A stretch of 32,991 nucleotides of DNA, from positions 1-32,991 of the forward strand of contig DLFD01000023.1 of NCBI GenBank assembly GCA_002482005.1, read 5' to 3'. This DNA comes from Lachnospiraceae bacterium UBA7729. GTDB taxonomy: Bacteria > Bacillota > Clostridia > Lachnospirales > Lachnospiraceae. This document shows positions 27,705 through 32,991 of the stretch, piece after piece. Positions within the stretch are counted from its first letter, which is position 1. Every line of letters begins with the position of its first letter. Under the pieces are notes generated by a model that was not told the DNA's origin, did not search any database, and was given only the letters and a program-made list of their open reading frames with translations. Position numbers and translations under genes: made by a program.

Positions 27705-30700
27705 TCATGCATCATAGCCCCTGCCCGGGCGTCCGTCAACTTTCCGGTCCTGTCTGCTCTTTCTCCGCCGAAACAGAACAGCCAGCAGCGCAAGGACTGC
27801 TGCGGATCCGATAACCAGGCCATCCGGATCCTTTGTTTTCCTCCTCATATCAGGCCTGTCTGCTTCTCCCGCGGAATCGTCCTTCTGCCTGGCTGCAATC
27901 TTCTTCGTCCGATTGCTTTCAGGATCCTGCTGCAGCCGGATCTCTGCATGGTCTCTCTGGACATCTACAGGTCCAGGCCTATCCGGATCGCTCTCCGTCG
28001 CCCGTTTCGTCTCATTTTCCACTGCATCTTCCTGCTCAGTCTCCGCTCCGTTCCCATCTCCCCGGGAAGCTGCCAGTTCTTCCGCACTGTTCCCCTCCTT
28101 GATATATTCAGGTACCTCTGAACTTTCAGACACAAAGACGGGGTATTCACCAGTCCAGGTCTCATTGCCGGCGCAGTCAGAAACATGGATCTGAAGTCTC
28201 CTCCACTTTGATGATGAGGGAATTTGGATTTTGAAGACTCCCCCGGCCTTTTCGATATCGGAAGAATCATAGCCTGACTGCTGATGGCCATCCAGATATA
28301 CTTCCGCATGATCTGCTGCGATATTATCCCTGACTTCAAATACTGCCGTCAGACATCCCGTCCGGTATACTCTTTTCTTTTCTATTCCGGTAAGCAGGCA
28401 TTCCGGCCCTTCACTATCAATAGCAAAGCTGACCGGTATCCTCTGCTTCTGACTGTCCGTCATGTTGCCAGCTTTATCTGATGTAAGGAGCAGGACCTCA
28501 TAGACACCATCCTTCCCGAAAACGGAAGCAGGAATCGTATATCGATAATGATGCATATGATCCGATTCAGATACGGTTTCGTCTTCCTCGACCTTTGGAT
28601 CTTTCAGCTTCTTACCGTTTCTCATCACGATGATATCCGCTTTGCCTATAGCATCGATGTTCGTTTCCAGGTATGTCACATCAAAAGGTTTCCTGTGATA
28701 ATACTTCCGGATCTTCTTCCCCGTTTCGCCTGCCAGCCCATAAGCCGATCCATAGCGGTTGACCGAGAAAGTAATACTCTGCTCTCCTGCATTGCCGGCC
28801 TTGTCCTCTGCATGGACCGTCACAGTATACACTGCATCATTCTTCTTCAGATGTGCAATATCATCCAGAAAGATCTCTGCCCCGCTGTCCGTTTCTTTTC
28901 TGGAGATCTCCTTCATATCCTTATGTGATGCGGAAGAAAAGACTGAGAATCGCAGCGAACCGGTCCGGTACCATTCATCGCTGCAGGAAAGGACAAGTCT
29001 AACCTCCCCTGATTCCGAACTCCCGTCTTTCACCCCGGATATGTAACAGACCGGAGCTGTATTGTCTATCACAATAACCTTGCTTCTGCTGACAGCCCGG
29101 TTTCCTACCCTGTCTTCTGCTTCTGCTTCTACCTGCCAGACTCCTGGCTGATCAAGCAGTGCACCTGCAGTATCGCCTTCAGGCACAAGACGCCAGTCCT
29201 CGAACGGAACAAATCTTTCCCCGGCTCCGTGAAAACCTTCCCCTTTCAGGATCCTGAACCTGACATATGAAAGACCGCTTTTTTCATCCCGGACCGGGAT
29301 AAGAGATACTTTCACGGATGAGGCTGAAAAAAGCATCTGTCCTTCCTTGTGTCCTCCTTCCTCTGAGCAGATTACTGCCGGCGCCTCAGCATCTGCCTGC
29401 ACTGTCAGTACGGAAGGAAGAGATTCCGCCATCAGCTCTCCCTTCCCGCTGACTTTCTTCAGTCTGAATGAGATTCTCTCATCAGTCAGGACCCTGTCCG
29501 TTTCAAAGCCCTTGTTAAAGAAGGATTCTTCTGATGGCATGATCCACACAGACGACCCATATCCAGCGATAATCGTGTTTTTGTCCTCTCCCCGGACCAT
29601 ATCGGAACCAGTTACAGAAAAATCTTTTCCTTCGAAGATCCTGACCGCATCGATCGTGACAGAGCCACGATGGTATTCTTTCCTCGCCGGATCCTGGCAG
29701 AATTCATAGTTACTGGTCGGATTTCCAGTCACACTGCCGTCCTTCTTCCTCTTAATGACCAGGGCATTCTGATAGACAGCTCTTTCCCCATGCAGATACA
29801 TCGGACTTCCCGCTGAAAGGATATCCGGGTCAACAGCAAGGTCCGGCGCTGCAAAGCCTTTGGGGACCACAGGATCGCCATCATCATCTGTCAGAAAACC
29901 TGTGATCTTCGCAGTCAGCCTTTCTGGGGCGGGGACCTTTCCATCCTCCTTCGTTCCGACGGTTCTGTTCATGTCAGAGATATCCGTATCTTCCGGCCAG
30001 ATATGAAGCATGTCCGCCTTCAGCGAATATACTTTTTTTCCATCCGGTATCCATACCGACAGCAGTTTTTTCTTTACAGATACCACAAGCTCCGGCGCAG
30101 GATTATCCTCCGCAAGTTTTACATGGGCCGGGTCTTCCGTGCTGATCTGAAACTGATAAAGTACTCTCTGCTTTCCTGCATCTGGTTTCTCCAGACGCGC
30201 CTTGCAGGAAACAGTGACTTCAGGAGGCACATCAGCGGAAGTGGTTTCCTCAGTATTCTTTCCCGGAACCAGTTCCCATCTGTAATCAACCGTGATCCTG
30301 TCAGTTCCGTCATAGATCCGGCCACCCTCAGGAATGACTGGATGGATATCTGACAAAGCAACCCGCCATTCCTGCGGCTGTTCAGACTCGGGTGAAGTTT
30401 CGGATTCCGGTGTAGTTCCGGATTCCGGCGTGGTCCCGGATTCCGGTGTAGTTTCGGATTCCGGCGTGGTCCCGGATTCCGGTGTAGTTCCGGATTCCGG
30501 CGTGGTCTCGGATTCCGGTGTGGTCCCGGATTCCGGTGTGGTTCCGGATTCCGGCGTGGTCCCGGATTCCGGTGTGGTCCCGGATTCCGGTGTGGTCCCG
30601 GATTCCGGCGTGGTTCCGGATTCCGGCGTGGTCTCGGATTCCGGCTGCTGTCCGGTACCGGTATCCGGCTCCGTCTCAGAATCCTTTCCGGCTTCTGGTC

Positions 30701-30860
30701 CCAGGTCTGCTTCCGTCTCCGGCTCAGTATCTTGATATCCTGCCAGAACGGTCCCTCTGTCAGAAAGATTTTCTGCTGCAGAAGCTCCGAAAAACAGCAG
30801 GACTGTCAGCATCATACAGATCCCGAATAAGGTCCGCTTTTTCCCATGACTTTGTTTCAT
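27705..30860 (-). CDS. Large (1051 aa) cell-surface protein. It has a signal peptide, 15 TPESGT hexapeptide repeats, at least three Ig-like (Big-type) domains (D.T/SAP...G motifs), an acidic stalk, and a C-terminal TM helix plus RRRKSR tail.
   Basis: N-terminal hydrophobic signal. Repeat block encoded by an 18-bp VNTR. Recurrent VIDNTAPVCYISG, DSEGPECLLTG and AEAPAVICSEEGG motifs. C-terminal LVIGSAAVLALLAVLFRRRKSRQDRK. Its start overlaps the kinase stop (ATGA). Confidence 0.8.
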   Translation of the reverse strand: MKQSHGKKRTLFGICMMLTVLLFFGASAAENLSDRGTVLAGYQDTEPETEADLGPEAGKDSETEPDTGTGQQPESETTPESGTTPESGTTPESGTTPESGTTPESGTTPESGTTPESETTPESGTTPESGTTPESETTPESGTTPESGTTPESETSPESEQPQEWRVALSDIHPVIPEGGRIYDGTDRITVDYRWELVPGKNTEETTSADVPPEVTVSCKARLEKPDAGKQRVLYQFQISTEDPAHVKLAEDNPAPELVVSVKKKLLSVWIPDGKKVYSLKADMLHIWPEDTDISDMNRTVGTKEDGKVPAPERLTAKITGFLTDDDGDPVVPKGFAAPDLAVDPDILSAGSPMYLHGERAVYQNALVIKRKKDGSVTGNPTSNYEFCQDPARKEYHRGSVTIDAVRIFEGKDFSVTGSDMVRGEDKNTIIAGYGSSVWIMPSEESFFNKGFETDRVLTDERISFRLKKVSGKGELMAESLPSVLTVQADAEAPAVICSEEGGHKEGQMLFSASSVKVSLIPVRDEKSGLSYVRFRILKGEGFHGAGERFVPFEDWRLVPEGDTAGALLDQPGVWQVEAEAEDRVGNRAVSRSKVIVIDNTAPVCYISGVKDGSSESGEVRLVLSCSDEWYRTGSLRFSVFSSASHKDMKEISRKETDSGAEIFLDDIAHLKKNDAVYTVTVHAEDKAGNAGEQSITFSVNRYGSAYGLAGETGKKIRKYYHRKPFDVTYLETNIDAIGKADIIVMRNGKKLKDPKVEEDETVSESDHMHHYRYTIPASVFGKDGVYEVLLLTSDKAGNMTDSQKQRIPVSFAIDSEGPECLLTGIEKKRVYRTGCLTAVFEVRDNIAADHAEVYLDGHQQSGYDSSDIEKAGGVFKIQIPSSSKWRRLQIHVSDCAGNETWTGEYPVFVSESSEVPEYIKEGNSAEELAASRGDGNGAETEQEDAVENETKRATESDPDRPGPVDVQRDHAEIRLQQDPESNRTKKIAARQKDDSAGEADRPDMRRKTKDPDGLVIGSAAVLALLAVLFRRRKSRQDRKVDGRPGRGYDA
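30380..30650. repeat. Tandem repeat of 15 units of an 18-bp unit (ggattccggYgtRgtYcc) encoding (TPES[G/E]T) within the surface-protein gene.
   Basis: Near-perfect 18-bp periodicity over about 270 bp. The variants differ only at 2-3 wobble or single positions. Confidence 0.85.
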
Positions 30861-32560
30861 TCCACATCCCCGTCACTCTTCTCCCACTCGGAAAGTCTCT
30901 GTTCCACAAGAACGACTGCTTCCCGGATCTCATCTCTCAGGGCTTCCGATACGCTGTACTTCCCGTTTTGCGGTAGGCTATCTGCTTCTTTCTCCGCTTC
31001 TTTATAAAGATCCTCTGCTTCCTTACGGATCTGTTCCGAAGACACTCCTTCCAGACAAAGGTCATGAATACGGAAGGCCAGCTGCCATAAGGTATCCCTG
31101 ATCCGGTGCAGGTTGAGAAGGATATCTGCTTCCGAATCCGTGACCGGATACAGGTATTTCCTGCTCTCCTTCAGTATCTCCCAGTACCTTGCCGATTTCA
31201 CATCCTGCTCTCCGGAAGCCTCTCCCTGCCCTGTTTCTTCCCGCCCGCCGGCATCTCCTGACGTTTCCAGTCTCTCCAGACTACTGTAATATTCCGCATC
31301 TCTCTGCCAGGAAGGCTCTTGTCCTGCAGAGCCGGCCTCCGCCGACTGCCCTGCTTCAAGTGCCTTGCGAAACCAGCCGGAAGCGATCCTCTTTCCCTCG
31401 TCTCCATTGTATTCATAGCGATAAAGGACTCCGATCCGTTCCGCCAGCTCGCCATAGGACAAAAGGTCCTTCCGCAGGATTTCTTCATTCGTAATGCTTT
31501 CCCCCAGCGGAACTGTATGAAGTATATTTCGAAGAAATTCTTCCTCACTCTCCGAAAATTTTCCGTCAGCACCTGCATCATCCAGAAACCTCAGATATGC
31601 TTCCGGATTGCCCGGCTGCAGAAACACTGCTCTCTGGTAATACTCCCTGCTTTCCTTCTCCGGCAGACATTCTGCCTCATGAAGCAGTCTTCCGTAGTCC
31701 CATCTTTCATCTCCTGAAAGTTTCATGGAAGCCGGGATGGCCGAAACACACAGAGCAGCAGCCGGGAAAGCTATAGCACATGCTGCCAGCAGCTGTTTTC
31801 GCTTCTTTTCCCTTGCATATCTTTTCCGGATCCTGAGAAGTTCGTTCCTGAGTCCGGCGGCCGTCTGAAACCTGTCTTCCGGTTTTTCTTCCAGACATCG
31901 GTTTATCACATCTGAAAACCCTTCTCCGCATCCCGGTACCCTGGATCCCTTCAATCTTTTCGAATAACACTTTCCGGAAGCAAGCCGGTACAGCGTGGCA
32001 CCAAGGCCATAGATATCAGTCCTGCCATCCTTTACTGACTGCCTGTAGTATTGTTCCGGAGCCGCATAACCCGCTGTACCTTCATTGACAGGTTCGGTGT
32101 CCTCCCTGAAAGAAGCCCCGAAATCCACCAGTTTCACTTTGCCGTCCAGAGTCCGGATCAGATTGGCTGGCTTGATATCCAGATGGATAACCGGCGGACT
32201 ATGACTCTGCAGGCAGCAGAGCGCATCACAGACCTGGATCGCTGTGTCGAGTACCTGTTCTTCCGGAAGTGTCCTTCCTCCTTCCAGATATCTCTCAAAG
32301 CAGATCCCCCGGATATATTCCATGATCAGCCATACCGCCCCCTCTTCCTCAATGACATCGATAAATACCGGCAGATGCGGACCTCTCAGATTCTTCATCA
32401 CCTCAGCTTCATGATAAGCCTGGCTGCCTGTGCAGGGGATTCTCTTCGCTGCCCAGAAATGTTCGGTTGTCACATTCATGACCAGATACACACTGCCCTT
32501 TCCGCCCTCACCCAGTTTTCTCACGATCCTGTAGTGTTCGCCAAGCATCTTTTCTGTCAT
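30857..32560 (-). CDS. Membrane Ser/Thr protein kinase. N-terminal Hanks-type kinase domain (non-RD: HLD catalytic loop), one TM segment and a roughly 290-aa C-terminal, probably extracytoplasmic, helical domain.
   Basis: LGEGGKGSVY glycine loop, AAKRI, HLDIKPANLI, DFGAS, GTAGYAAPE. Hydrophobic LLAACAIAFPAAALCVSAIPA. Start set at MTEKML, preceded by GGAAGGGG. Confidence 0.8.
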   Translation of the reverse strand: MTEKMLGEHYRIVRKLGEGGKGSVYLVMNVTTEHFWAAKRIPCTGSQAYHEAEVMKNLRGPHLPVFIDVIEEEGAVWLIMEYIRGICFERYLEGGRTLPEEQVLDTAIQVCDALCCLQSHSPPVIHLDIKPANLIRTLDGKVKLVDFGASFREDTEPVNEGTAGYAAPEQYYRQSVKDGRTDIYGLGATLYRLASGKCYSKRLKGSRVPGCGEGFSDVINRCLEEKPEDRFQTAAGLRNELLRIRKRYAREKKRKQLLAACAIAFPAAALCVSAIPASMKLSGDERWDYGRLLHEAECLPEKESREYYQRAVFLQPGNPEAYLRFLDDAGADGKFSESEEEFLRNILHTVPLGESITNEEILRKDLLSYGELAERIGVLYRYEYNGDEGKRIASGWFRKALEAGQSAEAGSAGQEPSWQRDAEYYSSLERLETSGDAGGREETGQGEASGEQDVKSARYWEILKESRKYLYPVTDSEADILLNLHRIRDTLWQLAFRIHDLCLEGVSSEQIRKEAEDLYKEAEKEADSLPQNGKYSVSEALRDEIREAVVLVEQRLSEWEKSDGDVE

Positions 32561-32577
32561 TCTGATCGACCCCTTCC

Positions 32578-32806
32578 GTGCGCTATGCGCACTCGTTGTT
32601 CGCTGTCGCCCCATGGGCATCTCCCCGTGGGGCACGGTCGACGCCTATGGGGCTCGTAGCCTGTTTTCGAGTAGGCAGGACTCCGTCCGCCTGCTCGATC
32701 CGGCTACGCCGCTCTCATCTCGTGCGCTATGCGCACTCGATGAGAGCTGTCGCCCCATGGGCATCTCCCCGTGCAAGCACGGTCGACGCCCATGGGGCTC
32801 GTAGCC
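32578..32806. repeat. Tandem duplication (period 144 bp) of an 84-bp GC-rich nested-palindrome element. Each copy has a GTGCGCTATGCGCAC hairpin plus a long imperfect hairpin GCCCCATGGGC-atctcc-CCGTG(loop)CACGG-tcgac-GCCyATGGGGC.
   Basis: Copy 1 is 32578-32661 and copy 2 is 32722-32806. The apical stem differs (CCGTG-GGG-CACGG versus CCGTGC-AA-GCACGG) and a T/C change keeps the outer helix paired. Confidence 0.6.
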
Positions 32807-32810
32807 TTAC

Positions 32811-32841
32811 AAAAAAAGAGAGACTTCTCCCGAAGTCTCTC
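32811..32841 (-). terminator. Intrinsic terminator-like hairpin (GAGAGACTTC/GAAGTCTCTC, loop TCCC) followed by U7 on the minus strand.
   Basis: Perfect 10-bp stem with an AAAAAAA run on the plus strand (T-run on the minus strand). Confidence 0.55.
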
Positions 32842-32850
32842 CATGCAGCA

Positions 32851-32879
32851 ATTATAGGGCAGAACGATTTGCCACGCAA
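32851..32879 (-). promoter_or_regulatory. Candidate promoter: TTGCGT, 17 bp, TATAAT. It lies immediately upstream of the 32811-32841 hairpin.
   Basis: The reverse complement gives TTGCGTggcaaatcgttctgcccTATAAT. The predicted TSS is about 32844, so the transcript would begin with the hairpin and U-tract. Confidence 0.3.
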
Positions 32880-32894
32880 TGCACATTTTCTACA

Positions 32895-32933
32895 AAGAAA
32901 AAAGGGAACCGCACGGCTGCTGCTGTGCGGTTC
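32895..32933 (-). terminator. Intrinsic terminator (GAACCGCAC/GTGCGGTTC stem) with a U-rich tail on the minus strand. It probably ends a gene located beyond the right edge of the window.
   Basis: A 9-bp stem, 10-nt loop and CCCTTTTTTCTTTG on the minus strand. Confidence 0.5.
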
Positions 32934-32991
32934 GCCAGGATCCGGATATTCTCCGAGATCTTATATTACATGACGCAAGTGCCAAAAGTCA

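Noticed and set aside
30380-30650. A regular 18-bp repeat array that could be mistaken for a CRISPR array.
   Set aside because: The units are contiguous with no spacers, they maintain a long protein-coding frame, and no cas genes are nearby.
30334-30976. Plus-strand ORFs 30334..30735 (SGVVPDSGVVPD...) and 30518..30976 (WSRIPVW...) with striking internal repeats.
   Set aside because: They are the antisense frames of the TPESGT 18-bp tandem repeat. They have no RBS, and the sense-strand gene has a signal peptide, domains and operon context.
32578-32973. Plus-strand ORF 32578..32973 (and 32613..32804) across the GC-rich duplicated element.
   Set aside because: The reading frame exists only because of GC richness and duplication. 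The translated repeats (VAPWASPRG... twice) mirror the DNA repeat. There is no RBS, and the region is better explained as a structured non-coding element.

Overview
This 33 kb window looks like a chromosomal segment of a Firmicutes/Clostridia-type genome. Gene density is high and almost every gene is on the minus strand. Most of the window is core housekeeping. Two tRNA-Ser genes (anticodons GGA and TGA) sit near the left end, with a candidate structured small RNA beside them. A tRNA-modification and processing cluster follows on the minus strand (ispD, tsaD, rnz, rimI, tsaB, tsaE, then a NUDIX hydrolase gene). A small plus-strand membrane operon comes next (a hypothetical protein and a DUF975 protein), then a thrH-like HAD phosphatase. 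The rest of the core is secA, prfB, hpf, a split B12-dependent methionine synthase (metH plus a separate reactivation-domain gene), a eukaryotic-type hisA, fhs, nadE, hslO, an ArsP_2-like permease and glyA. Two regions are not ordinary. The first is a translationally coupled three-gene module of an SPFH protein, a double-zinc-ribbon membrane protein and a TPM-domain protein (7819-11059). It resembles B. subtilis YdjI/YdjG/YdjH but has no adjacent pspA. The second is the right end (27010-32991). It reads as one transcription unit: a non-RD membrane Ser/Thr kinase, start-stop overlapped with a 1051-aa surface protein, followed directly by a CPBP/Abi intramembrane protease. The surface protein carries 15 perfect 18-bp (TPESGT) tandem repeats, Ig-like domains and a C-terminal TM plus basic tail with no LPXTG motif. 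Upstream of this unit lies a tandemly duplicated, GC-rich, nested-palindromic element that keeps its hairpins through compensatory changes, flanked by promoter-proximal hairpins. That unit is my best candidate for an undescribed surface-protein sorting or signalling system. Short tandem repeats also occur upstream of secA and in the fhs leader.
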